A DNA stretch of 64,000 nucleotides from Candidatus Latescibacterota bacterium (GCA_965217585.1 OZ244561.1:5504001-5568000), one strand, 5' to 3'; positions 27,553 to 38,592 are shown, numbered from the stretch's first letter. Notes: generated by a model not told the origin, from the sequence alone. Program-made: numbers and translations.

Positions 27553-28629
27553 TCACGTGGCCACAGCTCTGGCTACTTCATCCTCTACGATCTGAGGATC
27601 AGGCCATCCATGCCAGCGTATTCTGCCAGTCCGGTCAACCAAGAAAGCATACGGAATCTCATTGACTCCATAAGCGTCCTCGCTTGAAGTATTTGTGCCG
27701 ACGGGATAGCGGACGGCATGCTCCTCAATGACCTTCTCCATAAATGGCTTTCTCTCAAGCACCAAGCTAACTACTTGGAATCCGTCTTTGCGGTGCGCCT
27801 CGTGCATCTGGTTGAGATGCGTGATACCCACCAAACAAGGACCGCACCAAGTAGCCCAAAAGTCCAACAGCACAACCTGCCCACGTAGGGACTCCCAGTT
27901 CAGGCAACCATCGACATTGATCCAATCCTCGGCAATAATCTCGGGAGCCATCGCACCGATTTGCGGCTTCTGCATCGGCTTTGGTTTTGGTGCCTCCGAC
28001 CGATCATCCGGGATGTCGTGCGGATTGATCTCATGGCCAGAGAGCAGCCGGTAATCGTGGTAGTAGGTGAGTGGAATGGAGTGCGAGTAGTATATTTCGT
28101 CTTCTGGTTCGTATCCAACTGAGTTCACTCGTTGCACAGGATTAGGCGAAAAGCCCCAATAACAAAGCCCTACCCGATCTCCGGGGAACCTAGAGATTTC
28201 GGACAAAGGAATGAGGTAACTATCGACGCGCACCGGCTGGCTATCGCGGATTTCTACGTAGCGGATACACCCTCGTCCCTTGGAGTCTTCCTCGAGACCA
28301 GTGGTAATATTCTCCTCCAAAAAAATTGTGTAGTATAGCCCGGGAAGATGCGGCCAAGGATTGAGGTAATAGCTCCGATCCAGACCAAAGGACCGTTTGC
28401 CGTTAGTCGCTGCGATCACCAAATCAGACTTGTTGCCAATGTCTCTGTTATCCTCTGTCTTCCCAAGGGTGTGCTCTGACACCTGCCATAGGATTGCTTG
28501 CACAAAGAGGTATTCGCGATTGTTCCAAACGGACAGCCGCAGGGAATCATTATCGCACAGTACGCTGGCCTGATCCTGTGGAAATCCGCACACCCCATTG
28601 GTTTCGAGATCGGCTAGGGCAAACGACAT
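27553..28629 (-). CDS. TlpA-family thiol-disulfide reductase with long unknown N-terminal domain
   Basis: VLLDFWATWCGPC, YGVNEIP, LVDRTGRI; lower GC than flanks. Confidence 0.8.
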   Translation of the reverse strand: MSFALADLETNGVCGFPQDQASVLCDNDSLRLSVWNNREYLFVQAILWQVSEHTLGKTEDNRDIGNKSDLVIAATNGKRSFGLDRSYYLNPWPHLPGLYYTIFLEENITTGLEEDSKGRGCIRYVEIRDSQPVRVDSYLIPLSEISRFPGDRVGLCYWGFSPNPVQRVNSVGYEPEDEIYYSHSIPLTYYHDYRLLSGHEINPHDIPDDRSEAPKPKPMQKPQIGAMAPEIIAEDWINVDGCLNWESLRGQVVLLDFWATWCGPCLVGITHLNQMHEAHRKDGFQVVSLVLERKPFMEKVIEEHAVRYPVGTNTSSEDAYGVNEIPYAFLVDRTGRIRWHGWPDPQIVEDEVARAVAT

Positions 28630-28805
28630 GATGTTTCCTCCTAAGAATTGGGTTAACTACAGGAGACGCCTAAAATACGACTGCCGCCGCTCTAAAGCTA
28701 ATCCTGGCCTAGGAGGTTTGGCCTTCCCACTTGTCGTCTCCACCCCTCTGCGCTTCTTGACAAAGATACATCGCTAAGCTAGCATCTTTGTACATACCCA
28801 ACGCC

Positions 28806-29474
28806 ATGTTAGCTGCCCGCATCTTCAAGACGGTGCTCGCGCCCGCCCTCGTCTTACTCCCCTCCCCGAATCCAAACGTTGTGCGCGATACGGCCCGCGA
28901 CATCGACAGCTTGCAACGCGCCGAGTGCGAATACCGGGGCATTGTGGCCCGCTTCGACGAACTCACTCGCGCCTATATCCTGCAAGCGTACGAAGACGGC
29001 CAATTGCTCCGCTGGCAGGCCCAGCCCAGCCCCTATAACCCCGAGACCGAGACTTTGGTCACCGCGGTCTTTACCGCAGCCGGCCCCAAGGCATCCGCTC
29101 CGGTGCCCGAATTGGCCCATCTTCGCGCCCAGAGTGGGACGGCGGGTGCCGGGGTCACTTGGCGTTACAGCAAGCTAGCGGCCGTGCGGATCGCGCCCCA
29201 CGGCGACTTGGCCCGCGACGCCATGGCCGTGTTTAGAGCCACGGTTGACGACTTTGTCGAGCGCATGGTGTATGCGCCCGCAGGCGGCGTGCTACGCACT
29301 GCCCCCGATCCCAACTCCCCAGTGCTAGCCCGCGTCGAGGCGGGCGCAGTCCTGCTCGTCGAGGAAGAGCGAGTGGGCTATTTGCGCGTGCGCCAGCCAC
29401 CAGCGTCTGAGGCCGGGTGGCTGGAGCGGGGGCAAGTGCGAGCGGTTGAGGAGGCCGATGGACGCGATCATTGA
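28806..29474 (+). CDS. Hypothetical protein with C-terminal SH3b domain
   Basis: [18 protein letters not shown]...GYLRVR...GWL SH3b pattern; overlaps next gene. Confidence 0.6.
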   Translation: MLAARIFKTVLAPALVLLPSPNPNVVRDTARDIDSLQRAECEYRGIVARFDELTRAYILQAYEDGQLLRWQAQPSPYNPETETLVTAVFTAAGPKASAPVPELAHLRAQSGTAGAGVTWRYSKLAAVRIAPHGDLARDAMAVFRATVDDFVERMVYAPAGGVLRTAPDPNSPVLARVEAGAVLLVEEERVGYLRVRQPPASEAGWLERGQVRAVEEADGRDH

Positions 29475-30156
29475 AATACGCAACCTGACCAAGACTTACG
29501 ACATGGGAGCGACTGCGGTCCACGCCCTAAGCGAGGTGGACCTCTGCGTGGCTACGGGCGAATACGTAGCTATCATGGGGCCGTCGGGATCGGGCAAAAG
29601 CACCTTGCTCAATATCCTCGGCTGCCTCGACGTGCCCACCTCGGGCAGCTATGCCCTCGGCAATGTCCGCGTCAGCGATATGGCAGATGACGACTTAGCG
29701 AGAATCCGCAATCAGGAGATCGGCTTCGTCTTCCAAACCTTTAACCTCCTACCCCGCGCCAACGCCTTGGGCAATGTCGAACTGCCGCTGATCTACAGCG
29801 GCCTGCCGGCGAGCCAACGCCGCGAGCGGGCTGCCCATGTCCTCGCGTCCGTAGGCTTGGCCGATCGCATCGACCACCGACCCAACGAGCTGTCCGGCGG
29901 CCAGAAGCAGCGCGTGTCCATTGCCCGCGCCCTCGTCAACGAGCCCTCCATCATCCTCGCCGACGAGCCGACCGGTGCCCTCGACTCCCGCACTGGCGAC
30001 GAGATCATGGACCTCTTCGACCAAGTACACGCTGCGGGCAATACCATCCTCCTGGTGACGCACGAAGAGCACCTCGCCCGCCGCAGCCACCGCATCGTCC
30101 GCTTCCTCGATGGCCGCATCGAAAGCGATCATCTGACCGAGGAGGCCGCCCAGTGA
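29458..30156 (+). CDS. MacB/LolD-type ABC ATP-binding protein
   Basis: [36 protein letters not shown]. Confidence 0.95.
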   Translation: MDAIIEIRNLTKTYDMGATAVHALSEVDLCVATGEYVAIMGPSGSGKSTLLNILGCLDVPTSGSYALGNVRVSDMADDDLARIRNQEIGFVFQTFNLLPRANALGNVELPLIYSGLPASQRRERAAHVLASVGLADRIDHRPNELSGGQKQRVSIARALVNEPSIILADEPTGALDSRTGDEIMDLFDQVHAAGNTILLVTHEEHLARRSHRIVRFLDGRIESDHLTEEAAQ

Positions 30157-31334
30157 GAGCGGTCTTTTGCGCCTTCGTGCTGTGCGCCTGTCAGGGCGCA
30201 CCGCCCGACCTGCCCACGGCCGAGGTCGTACGCGGTGATTTTGCAGTGACGCACTTTGAGGGAGGTGAGGTGCGAGCGGCCAGTGGTGAAGTCGTGGCGT
30301 CGCCGCGGATCGGCGGCCGACTCAAGATCGTCCACCTCTGGCCCGAAGGGGAGCACGTGGATGTCGGCGACTTGATCCTCCAGTTCGACCCAGCCGAGTT
30401 TGAACGGGAGATGCTCGACCGCGAAGGCCAGCTCGAACATGCCCACTCGGACTTCGCCAAGGCCAAAGCCGAGCGCGGGCAACGCTTGGCCGACATCAAG
30501 CGCAATATCCAGCAGCGGCAGGCCGAGCTCAAACTCGCCGCGCTCAACCGAGAACGCCAGGAATTCGCCTCGATCATCGACCAAGAGCAAGGGCGCATCA
30601 AGTTGCAAAAGGCCCGGCGCGCCGTGGCGGAAGCGCGGCAGGAATCCATAGCCCAGGAAGTGGTCAATCGCGTAGATTTTCGCAAGCACGAGCTGAACAT
30701 TGCCCGCAGGCAGGAGCGCTATGAAAGAGCGCGGCGCGACTACGAACGCACTAGCATCCGCGCCGAAAAGCCGGGGATCGTGGTCTATCGCAAAATCTGG
30801 AAACCCGGCACCGACGAGGATGGCAAAGTCGCGGTCGGGGACCAAGTCTGGGGCGGCCGGGCCTTGCTCGACATACCCGATTTGAACAAGATGCAAGTGC
30901 TCTGCCTGATCGGCGAAATGGACATCGAGCGCCTGCGCGTCGGCCAGCGGGCCTACATCCGGCTCGAAGCCTTTCCCGGCCCGGTCTTTAATGGGGTGGT
31001 GTCCGAACTGGCACCCATGGCCTCACCTCAGCCCGGTGCGCCCGATATCCACGTCTTCGAGCTAGTAATCGACATTGACGAGCAGGACGAGCGGCTCAAG
31101 CCCGGCATGTCGGCCGAGGTCGAAATCGTCCTAGAAACCATCCTCGAGGCCCTCTCGGTGCCGCTGAATGCCCTCTTCGAGCGTGAGGATGGCCTAGTCG
31201 CTTTCCGCCTCGCCAACGGAAAATTCGCGGAAGTGCCCGTAGTGATCGGGCACAAAAACGCCACCGCGGCGGTCCTCGCCTCTGGCTTGGCCGCAGGCGA
31301 TGTCGTCGCCCTGCAAGACCCCAATACGCGCTAA
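30153..31334 (+). CDS. Efflux periplasmic adaptor (MFP/HlyD family), lipoprotein
   Basis: LCAC lipobox, EGEHVDVGD lipoyl motif, hairpin, LKPGMSA. Confidence 0.88.
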   Translation: MRAVFCAFVLCACQGAPPDLPTAEVVRGDFAVTHFEGGEVRAASGEVVASPRIGGRLKIVHLWPEGEHVDVGDLILQFDPAEFEREMLDREGQLEHAHSDFAKAKAERGQRLADIKRNIQQRQAELKLAALNRERQEFASIIDQEQGRIKLQKARRAVAEARQESIAQEVVNRVDFRKHELNIARRQERYERARRDYERTSIRAEKPGIVVYRKIWKPGTDEDGKVAVGDQVWGGRALLDIPDLNKMQVLCLIGEMDIERLRVGQRAYIRLEAFPGPVFNGVVSELAPMASPQPGAPDIHVFELVIDIDEQDERLKPGMSAEVEIVLETILEALSVPLNALFEREDGLVAFRLANGKFAEVPVVIGHKNATAAVLASGLAAGDVVALQDPNTR

Positions 31335-31349
31335 AGCGAAAGAGCTTTT

Positions 31350-32702
31350 ATGATACAGATCAAACGCCGATGGTGGATCCTCGCCCCGCTCTTAGTCCTC
31401 GTCCTAGGCGGGGCCTGGCTTGGTGAGCATCTGATAGACAACGAAGCCGAATCCTCCATCCCCACGTATCCAGTCCAGCAGGGCGAGTTCATCATCGCGC
31501 TCAAGCTCAAGGGCGGCGAGTTGGAAGCGGTAGAGGCCGAAAACGTCGTCGCGCCCCGCGTTAGAGGCCAGCTCAAAATCGTCGAGTTGTTTCCCGAAGG
31601 AGAGCAGGTCGCAGTGGGCGACTTATTGGTCCAATTTGAACAGACGGATTTTCAGAAGCGAGTCATGGACGCCGAGCAGCAGGTCGAGTCCTCCAAGGCC
31701 GACCTAGAGAAAACGCAAGCCACCCACAAGGCCGAAATCGCCAAGCTCGAAGCCGATATTGCCAACGAGGAGGCCAATTTGCGCTTGGCCGAGCTGCAGG
31801 TAGAGCGCATGGTCTTTGAGGCCACCGTGCAAAAGGAAGAAGCCGAAATTGAGGCCTACAAAGCCAAGCTGGGCCATCAGCAGGCCATCGAAAAGCTGGC
31901 CTCGCAAAAGATCGTCAACGGCGCTGAAGTCAAAAAGCGCCAACTCGAAATCGAGCGCAACGAACGCGAGCTGGCAAAGGCGCGCGACGATTTGGCAAGC
32001 ACGACCATCAAGGCCGAAAAGCCCGGTTTAGTCGTGTACGGCAAGGTCTGGAAGGGCGAGCGGCCGGAAAAGATCCGCGTCGGCGACGAGATCTGGGGTG
32101 GCGTCAACGTCATTTCCCTGCCCGACCTCTCACACATGCAGGTCAAAACCTACGTCAACGAGGTCGAAGTCGATAAGCTCGACACCGGACAAGTCGCCAC
32201 CATCAAGCTCGACGCCCTGCCCGCACCAGCGTTCCACGGCAAAATCAATAGCATCGCCTCGCTCGGCCGCGAGAAGGAAGGCGAAAAAAACGTCAAAGTC
32301 TTCGACGTGATCATCCAGATCGAAGAAGAAGATGTCCGCCTCAAACCCGGCATGACCGCCACCTGTCACGTCGTCGTCGAGACCATCCCACCTAGGCCGA
32401 CGGCCGATCCAGACTCCGTGCAAAGCGAGGCCGCCGAGGTCGCAACCCCCGCACCCATGCCCCTCTACATCCCCATAGACGCGGTCTTTGAGAAGGATGG
32501 GCGCACCCTCGTCTATCGTCTAGTGGGCGGTCAGCCCAAGAAGCAGGAAGTGAAGCTGGGCCAGAAAAACGAGGACTTTGTCATCGTCGAAGAAGGGCTT
32601 GCGCCCGACGACCGCATCGCCCTGCGCGATCCGCTCCAAGCGGCCGACGCCAGCGGCCTCATGGAGGAGGCCGACGCCTTGCCCTCGCCCCAGGCGCACT
32701 AA
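31350..32702 (+). CDS. Efflux periplasmic adaptor (MFP/HlyD family), second
   Basis: N-terminal TM, EGEQVAVGD, LKPGMTA, IPIDAV. Confidence 0.88.
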   Translation: MIQIKRRWWILAPLLVLVLGGAWLGEHLIDNEAESSIPTYPVQQGEFIIALKLKGGELEAVEAENVVAPRVRGQLKIVELFPEGEQVAVGDLLVQFEQTDFQKRVMDAEQQVESSKADLEKTQATHKAEIAKLEADIANEEANLRLAELQVERMVFEATVQKEEAEIEAYKAKLGHQQAIEKLASQKIVNGAEVKKRQLEIERNERELAKARDDLASTTIKAEKPGLVVYGKVWKGERPEKIRVGDEIWGGVNVISLPDLSHMQVKTYVNEVEVDKLDTGQVATIKLDALPAPAFHGKINSIASLGREKEGEKNVKVFDVIIQIEEEDVRLKPGMTATCHVVVETIPPRPTADPDSVQSEAAEVATPAPMPLYIPIDAVFEKDGRTLVYRLVGGQPKKQEVKLGQKNEDFVIVEEGLAPDDRIALRDPLQAADASGLMEEADALPSPQAH

Positions 32703-33946
32703 TGGACCTACGCGAAACCGTCTCTTTGAGCCTAGTCGGCCTGCTCTCGCACAAGCTGCGGACCCTGCTGACCATGCTCGGTATCATCTTCGGCGTGGCC
32801 GCGGTCATTGCCATGCTGTCCATCGGCGAGGGTGCCAAGCAGGAATCCCTCGAACAGATCCGTCAGATGGGCATTAGCAATATCATCGTCCAGCACTGGA
32901 AAAAAGAAGCCGACGAGGAGACCGAAGCCGACGGCGACCAGAATCGCTCTCCGGGCCTGACTTGGGACGATGCGCGGTCGATTGCCCGCATCTGCCTTTT
33001 GGCGGACTACGTCACCCCCCAGCGCGAGTTCAAAGTCAAAGCCCAAGCCCAAGACCACACCTTCCGCACCATGGTGGTGGGCACGACCCCCGACTATCTG
33101 ACCGTGCTCGACGCCCGCATGGGCAGCGGGGTATTTTTTTCTACCGAGGACCTGAATACTGCTAAGCGCGTCTGCGTATTGGGCGCAGACGCCAAACGAG
33201 CGCTGTTCTTTTTTCACAATCCCTTGGGCGGCCGGGTCAAAATCCGCAACCAGTGGTTTACGGTCATCGGCGTGCTCCAAGACAAGGGCGCGGCCGGCGG
33301 CAAAATCGGCGGAGTGCTCGAAGTGCGCAACACCGACGAGGACATCTACGTCCCGCTGACGGCCCTACTCAACCGCTTCCACCGAGAGCCGGGCGCGCCC
33401 GAGCTAACCCAAGTCACCATCAAGATCCCCAACTCCGACCAACTGCCAGAGGCCGCGGCCATCGTCCGCACCATCCTCAACCGGCGGCATCGCGGCGTCG
33501 AGGACTTCAAGATCGCCATTCCCGAAGAGCTGTTGCGCCAGAGTCAGAAAACTCAGCAGATCTTCAACATCGTCATGGGCTGCATCGCCGGCATCTCCCT
33601 GTTGGTCGGCGGCATCGGCATCATGAATATCATGTTGGCCTCGGTGCTCGAACGCACGCGCGAAATCGGCATCCGCCGCGCCTTGGGCGCACGGCGGCGC
33701 GATATCCTCTCGCAGTTTTTGGTCGAATCGCTGTTGGTCAGCCTGATCGGCGGCCTGATTGGAGTGGTGCTGGGCTACGCCATCCCGGAAGTGATCACCC
33801 TGTACGCGGGCTGGCGCACCATCGTCCAGCCCTGGACCATTGCCCTCGCCTTTGGGGTCTCGGCCGCGGTCGGTATTGGTTTTGGCATCTACCCGGCCCG
33901 TCAAGCCGCCTTCCTCAACCCCATAGACGCCCTGCGCTACGAATAG
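32702..33946 (+). CDS. MacB/FtsX-type ABC permease
   Basis: LTMLGIIFGVAAVI, GGIGIMNIMLASVLERTREIGIRRALGA, LNPIDALRYE. Confidence 0.95.
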   Translation: MDLRETVSLSLVGLLSHKLRTLLTMLGIIFGVAAVIAMLSIGEGAKQESLEQIRQMGISNIIVQHWKKEADEETEADGDQNRSPGLTWDDARSIARICLLADYVTPQREFKVKAQAQDHTFRTMVVGTTPDYLTVLDARMGSGVFFSTEDLNTAKRVCVLGADAKRALFFFHNPLGGRVKIRNQWFTVIGVLQDKGAAGGKIGGVLEVRNTDEDIYVPLTALLNRFHREPGAPELTQVTIKIPNSDQLPEAAAIVRTILNRRHRGVEDFKIAIPEELLRQSQKTQQIFNIVMGCIAGISLLVGGIGIMNIMLASVLERTREIGIRRALGARRRDILSQFLVESLLVSLIGGLIGVVLGYAIPEVITLYAGWRTIVQPWTIALAFGVSAAVGIGFGIYPARQAAFLNPIDALRYE

Positions 33947-34009
33947 CCTTTTGACGACGACCACCGTGTGTCCTTACTTACTCATCCTACCCGCAAGCGA
34001 GGAGGCCGC

Positions 34010-34198
34010 ATGATCCGCTTTAAGAGAGAAGAAATCGAACAGATGCTCGAAGAGCGCAAACCGGAAATCAATCTGACCACTTATCAGCACATCAAAAAGG
34101 CCATCGACCAAGGCACGGAGGGCATGGACCCGTACACCCTGTCCAATATATGCCGGGATCTCAAGTGCCTGCCCACCGACATCGTCGAATATGTCTGA
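34010..34198 (+). CDS. Small Cro/C1-type HTH-like protein
   Basis: RBS gaggagg; TLSNICRDLKCLPTDIVEYV C-terminus typical of YozG/HTH_26. Confidence 0.6.
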   Translation: MIRFKREEIEQMLEERKPEINLTTYQHIKKAIDQGTEGMDPYTLSNICRDLKCLPTDIVEYV

Positions 34199-34249
34199 GG
34201 GCCTCGTTGCAGCTCGTAATTTTCTACGCGACCGCTCGGGCACGCTTCA

Positions 34250-34606
34250 ATGCAGGCCATAGGTCGCCATCTGCTCGTCGATCTCTATGGCTGCGACCGC
34301 GAGCGGCTCGACGACTCAGACTATATCGCCGCCGAGTTGCAGGCCGCGGCCCAAGCGGCCGGCTCTCGCGTCTTGGGCACTGCGTTTCATCGCTTCAGTC
34401 CGGGGGGAGTCACCGGCGTGCTCATCGTCCAAGAGAGCCACTTGGCCGTCCACACGTGGCCTGAGCGCGGTTATGCCGCCCTCGACCTCTTTACCTGTGG
34501 CCGCCAGACAGACCCGTGGGCAGCCTATCAACGGCTCAAGTGCGCCTTCGGCGCGACGCGAGACAATGTAGTGGAAGTCAGCCGAGGGTTGTGCGCGGGC
34601 GAGTGA
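34250..34606 (+). CDS. speD: S-adenosylmethionine decarboxylase proenzyme (prokaryotic class 1B)
   Basis: GRHLLVDLYGC, FSPGGVTG, ESH self-cleavage site, HTWPE, DLFTCG. Confidence 0.92.
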   Translation: MQAIGRHLLVDLYGCDRERLDDSDYIAAELQAAAQAAGSRVLGTAFHRFSPGGVTGVLIVQESHLAVHTWPERGYAALDLFTCGRQTDPWAAYQRLKCAFGATRDNVVEVSRGLCAGE

Positions 34607-34668
34607 GACTCCTCGCCCCCCCAAATCCTCTTCATCCCGTTCATCCATGTTAAACGCGGAAGAGCGGA

Positions 34669-35556
34669 CTATTCCTCGCCTTCTAACATGCTGCGCAAGT
34701 AGAGCCGGAACGCCTCGGCGCGTTCTTCGACCACGGCCCGTATCTGGAGGATTTCCTGCTGGCGCGCCTTCAGCTTGTGAATTTTCAACGCGACTTCAGC
34801 GATCGACGACTCGAGATCAAATTCGGCCACGGACTCGTCTCGCTTGAGAAACCGCACTTGCTCACGCGGCTGTTCCCCGCTCACCAAAACCCGCTCCTCG
34901 GGCCGCGCTTTGGCCCGCGCCTGCTCCGCCCGGGCGCACAGCCGGTACTCGGCCTCGAAGCGACGCAGCAGGTCGGCGTTGGCATTCCATTCGGCCTTGA
35001 GGCGGTCGGCGATATCCTCCAGTAGCTCTTGCTTTTGCTGGATATCGTCCGGCCCGTCGTCCACCTCGATCTTCATCTGCTCGTTGTAGTGCAAGTTCGC
35101 GCTGTATATCCCGACCCCGAGCAGTTCCCGCGCCTCCTGATAGAGCGTGAGTTGGGCCGACAGGCCCCGGTCTGGTTGCTCGGCCAACTTCTGGATGAGT
35201 ACGCCAATTTCCCAGTCATAGGCGAGGCACAAGCGCTCGGCCAAACTGTCCTGCTGCACCTCTAAGGCCGCCAACTTCCAGTCGATCTGGACCATGTGCT
35301 GCACCAACCCGAGCGAGGAGCGCAGAGCTTCTCTCAGCGCCGCGGAATTCGCCGCACTCAGCTTCAGGCTGTCGATCCGGGTCGACAGCGCTTCGGCTTT
35401 GGCAGCAACCTGCAAACGCTGGCCGGCGAGGGAATCGCGCTGGCTCTCCAAGGCGCGATATTGGGCCTTTAGGTCGCCCAACCCAACCGAATCCCCATGC
35501 GCGGATCCGGGCAGTGCCAACCCCAAGACCAACAAAAAAATGAATGGGCTTTTCAT
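34669..35556 (-). CDS. Secreted coiled-coil hypothetical protein
   Basis: Signal peptide AHG-D; long heptad-rich helices; 2 nt after the regulator stop. Confidence 0.7.
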   Translation of the reverse strand: MKSPFIFLLVLGLALPGSAHGDSVGLGDLKAQYRALESQRDSLAGQRLQVAAKAEALSTRIDSLKLSAANSAALREALRSSLGLVQHMVQIDWKLAALEVQQDSLAERLCLAYDWEIGVLIQKLAEQPDRGLSAQLTLYQEARELLGVGIYSANLHYNEQMKIEVDDGPDDIQQKQELLEDIADRLKAEWNANADLLRRFEAEYRLCARAEQARAKARPEERVLVSGEQPREQVRFLKRDESVAEFDLESSIAEVALKIHKLKARQQEILQIRAVVEERAEAFRLYLRSMLEGEE

Positions 35557-35558
35557 CG

Positions 35559-37004
35559 CTAATCTAGACCGTATTTGTCGAGTTTGTAGTACAGAGCACT
35601 CGTCTTGATTCCCAAAAGCGAAGCCGCCTTGGTCTTGACGTGCTGCGCTTCCTCCATCGCCCGAGCAATTAGGTCGCGCTCCACCTCGTCGAGGCGCTCG
35701 TTGAGTTGCAAGCCCCCGTCATCGGTGCCCCCCGCCCCTTCCTCAGTAGGCCCCTCGTCAAAGGTCAGCGGCAGATCGTGGTAGCCAATTTCCTCGCCGT
35801 CAACCAACACCATCGTGCGCTCGATGACGTTTTCCAGCTCGCGCACATTGCCCGGCCACGGGTAGTTTTTTAAGCCGGTCAAGGCTTCTCTGGTTAGACG
35901 CTTGGGCGGGATGTTCATTTCCCCACATTTTTTTTCCGTAAAGTGTTTCACCAACAGCTCGATGTCCTCGCGCCGCTCCCGCAGCGGCGGCAAGGTGAGG
36001 GGAATGACCTCCAGCCGATAGAAAAGATCCTCGCGGAAGGTGCCCTCTTCAACCATGCGTTTGAGCGGCCGGTTGGTGGCCACCACCACCCGCGCATCTA
36101 CGTCGAGCGTCTGCTCGCCGCCCACGCGGTCGAACTGCTTTTCCTGCAACACCCGCAACAACCGAACTTGGATCTCCAAAGGTACATCGCCGATTTCGTC
36201 CAAAAAAATCGTCCCCCCCTCGGCCAGTTCAAACTTCCCCTTCCTGCTCCGCACCGCGCTGGTAAAGGCCCCGCGCTCGTGTCCAAACAACTCACTTTCG
36301 ACCAACCCAGTCGGCAGGGCACCGCAGTTGACCTTGACGAACGGCCCCTTGCTGCGGCGGCTCTGGTAGTGGATGGCGCGGGCGACCAACTCCTTGCCGG
36401 TGCCGCTTTCCCCGTAGATGAGCACCGACGACGACGACGACGCCACCTTATGTACCCGCTCGCGCACGGCCTTGATCTGCGGGGATTGACCGACGATCTC
36501 GCCGAAGTTGTAGCGGCTATCGATCTCTTCGCGCAAGTAGCGGTTTTGTTCGAATAAGTGCTCCCAGTCCCGCAGCTTGGCCTCGGCTTCATGGCGAAGG
36601 GTTTGGGCTTCCTGTAGCTTGGCTTGGGCTTCCCGCAGCTTGGCTCGATAGTCGAGTCGCTTATTGACCTTCAGCCACAATTCGTCGGGCGGGAAGGGTT
36701 TGACGATAAAGTCTATCGCCCCCCGCTCCATCGCCTCTACGGCCAATTCCCGGGTGTCGTAGGCCGTCATCATCATCACATCGGTGTCTGGTGCTTGGCG
36801 CTGTACCGCCTCCATCACCGCCAAGCCGTCCATCTCATCCATGCGGTAATCGGTAATGACTAAATCAAAGGAACGATCCTTCATCTGCACCAAACCTTCG
36901 CGACCGCTCCCTGCGGCGACGGCTTGATGCCCCATCTTGTTCAAGCTCAACACCAGCCCGTCGCCGAGGCTTTGGTTGTCGTCGATAATCAGAATCCTGC
37001 CCAT
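35559..37004 (-). CDS. Sigma-54-dependent response regulator (NtrC/AtoC family)
   Basis: MGRILIIDD receiver, GESGTGKE, GAFTSA, FLDEIGD, WPGNVRELEN, Fis HTH. Confidence 0.95.
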   Translation of the reverse strand: MGRILIIDDNQSLGDGLVLSLNKMGHQAVAAGSGREGLVQMKDRSFDLVITDYRMDEMDGLAVMEAVQRQAPDTDVMMMTAYDTRELAVEAMERGAIDFIVKPFPPDELWLKVNKRLDYRAKLREAQAKLQEAQTLRHEAEAKLRDWEHLFEQNRYLREEIDSRYNFGEIVGQSPQIKAVRERVHKVASSSSSVLIYGESGTGKELVARAIHYQSRRSKGPFVKVNCGALPTGLVESELFGHERGAFTSAVRSRKGKFELAEGGTIFLDEIGDVPLEIQVRLLRVLQEKQFDRVGGEQTLDVDARVVVATNRPLKRMVEEGTFREDLFYRLEVIPLTLPPLRERREDIELLVKHFTEKKCGEMNIPPKRLTREALTGLKNYPWPGNVRELENVIERTMVLVDGEEIGYHDLPLTFDEGPTEEGAGGTDDGGLQLNERLDEVERDLIARAMEEAQHVKTKAASLLGIKTSALYYKLDKYGLD

Positions 37005-38485
37005 GGCACCCCATCTTTGGACTGCGGCAGGCGCAAGCGGCACACCGTGCCCGCGCCTTGCCGACTGTCTATTTCGATCCGACCGCGGTTTTCCTCGACT
37101 GCCCGCGCCACTACCGCCATCCCCAAACCCGATCCCTTCTCTTTGGTAGTAAAAAAAGGCTCGAAAAGGCGCGCCTGCACCTCTTCCGACATCCCCGGGC
37201 CATCGTCGGCCACCTCGACGACGACCTCCTCGCCTGCGGCGGTGGCCCGCACCGTCAAGTGCCCGCCATCGCGCATGGCCTGGACGGCGTTCTTCATCAG
37301 GTTGACCAGCGCCCGCTCCACCTGCTCGGCGTCGATGTAGCACAGCAAATCGGGCGCGACGTGTTCCTCGTAGCGAATGCCCGCCGCCTGAATTTCCGGG
37401 GCCAGCAAAAAGGCCGCGTCGGCCACCAGCGGGGCTAGCGCCGTCGGCTGCGGCTGCGGCTGCGGCTGTGCCGGCCGGGCAAATTCGAGAAACTCGGAAA
37501 TTACGCCATTGAGCTGGCGCACTTCCTCGATGACCTTCTCGATGTGTTGCTTGCGCTCGTCGCTGGCGGGCAAATCGCCGGCGATCAGCCCGGCGTACAG
37601 CTCAATGCTGCCCAGCGGATTGCGGATCTCGTGGGCAACGCCGCCCAGCATGAGGCGCAGTTGGGCGTCGCGGGCGACCAGTTTGCGCCGCATCTCCTCC
37701 ATCGCTTCGCCCAAATAGCCGATTTCGTCGTCGGACGCGGTGACCACCTCTTGGTCCATGTTGCCCCGGCCGATTTCGCGCGCGGCCTCGACCAGCTTTT
37801 GGATGGGCCGAGTCAGCGTCCGCGCCAACCCCCACGCCACCCCGACGGTCAGCAACGCACCCAATCCGGCAAAGATCAGCACCGACCGCCCGAAGACGCG
37901 GATGGAGTCCACAAACCCGGCCCCGATTTCGACCCCGACGGCCGCGACGACCTCGTCGCCGTCAAAGATCGGGGCGTAGCCCGTCATGTACGGGACATCG
38001 CCGTCGTAAAAAAGCACCGAATGCGCGGTATAGCCCTTCCAAACTCTCTCCAGCTCCTGGCGATGGAAGAGCAGATTGGGGTACTCGCGGTCAATGGGCA
38101 TCAGGCCATCCGTGTCGAGCAGCGAGCGGTACTGGCGGTCGAAAACGAAGATGTGACGGGCACCGACCCCTTGTTCGGCACGCTGCAATTTACCCACTAG
38201 GGTCCGGTAGAGGTCGGAGTGCTCGCGGCCCGGGTGCAGGTAGCGCAGCACGTTGCCGGACAGGTTCGTGCTCACCAACGTGGCGACCGATACGAGGTGG
38301 TCGCGCATCTGCCGCTCCAAGCTGCGGTCCGTCAACTCGACGAGCACCCAGCCCGATAGACCCACGACGACCATAACCAGCAGCACGAAACTCAGAATCA
38401 GCTTGTGGCCGATCCGCGTCCGCGGACGCTCGCCGGAAGCAGGCTTGCCCTTGGTCACTTGGACAGACTCGACAAATTGGCGCAT
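36989..38485 (-). CDS. Membrane sensor histidine kinase (HAMP-HisKA-HATPase)
   Basis: Two TMs, HAMP, AHEIRNPL, NLMKNA, DDGPG, GSGLG; start uncertain. Confidence 0.92.
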   Translation of the reverse strand: MRQFVESVQVTKGKPASGERPRTRIGHKLILSFVLLVMVVVGLSGWVLVELTDRSLERQMRDHLVSVATLVSTNLSGNVLRYLHPGREHSDLYRTLVGKLQRAEQGVGARHIFVFDRQYRSLLDTDGLMPIDREYPNLLFHRQELERVWKGYTAHSVLFYDGDVPYMTGYAPIFDGDEVVAAVGVEIGAGFVDSIRVFGRSVLIFAGLGALLTVGVAWGLARTLTRPIQKLVEAAREIGRGNMDQEVVTASDDEIGYLGEAMEEMRRKLVARDAQLRLMLGGVAHEIRNPLGSIELYAGLIAGDLPASDERKQHIEKVIEEVRQLNGVISEFLEFARPAQPQPQPQPTALAPLVADAAFLLAPEIQAAGIRYEEHVAPDLLCYIDAEQVERALVNLMKNAVQAMRDGGHLTVRATAAGEEVVVEVADDGPGMSEEVQARLFEPFFTTKEKGSGLGMAVVARAVEENRGRIEIDSRQGAGTVCRLRLPQSKDGVPWAGF

Positions 38486-38592
38486 CCTATTTGGTAATGT
38501 ACGTCTTAAAAAAGGACGAACAAGCGGAGTAATGGTTTCTTGCTGTTGGGCCTGGACTACCAACTCAACCTCTTCTGAAAAAGGCATATTCC

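Noticed and set aside
34199-34249. Riboswitch upstream of speD
   Set aside because: Only about 50 nt intergenic, with no recognisable aptamer features
35559-37343. N-terminal extensions in the ORF track (594-aa regulator; also 14985 TolC, 43437, 49848, 51297, 60974, 63605 starts)
   Set aside because: They overlap upstream genes or repeats; better starts with RBS or family-typical N-termini lie downstream
37445-37470. (GGCTGC)n hexamer tract, and (GAC)n at about 36427-36442, as phase-variation switches
   Set aside because: Unit lengths are multiples of three, giving in-frame low-complexity linkers (QPQPQP, SSSSS)
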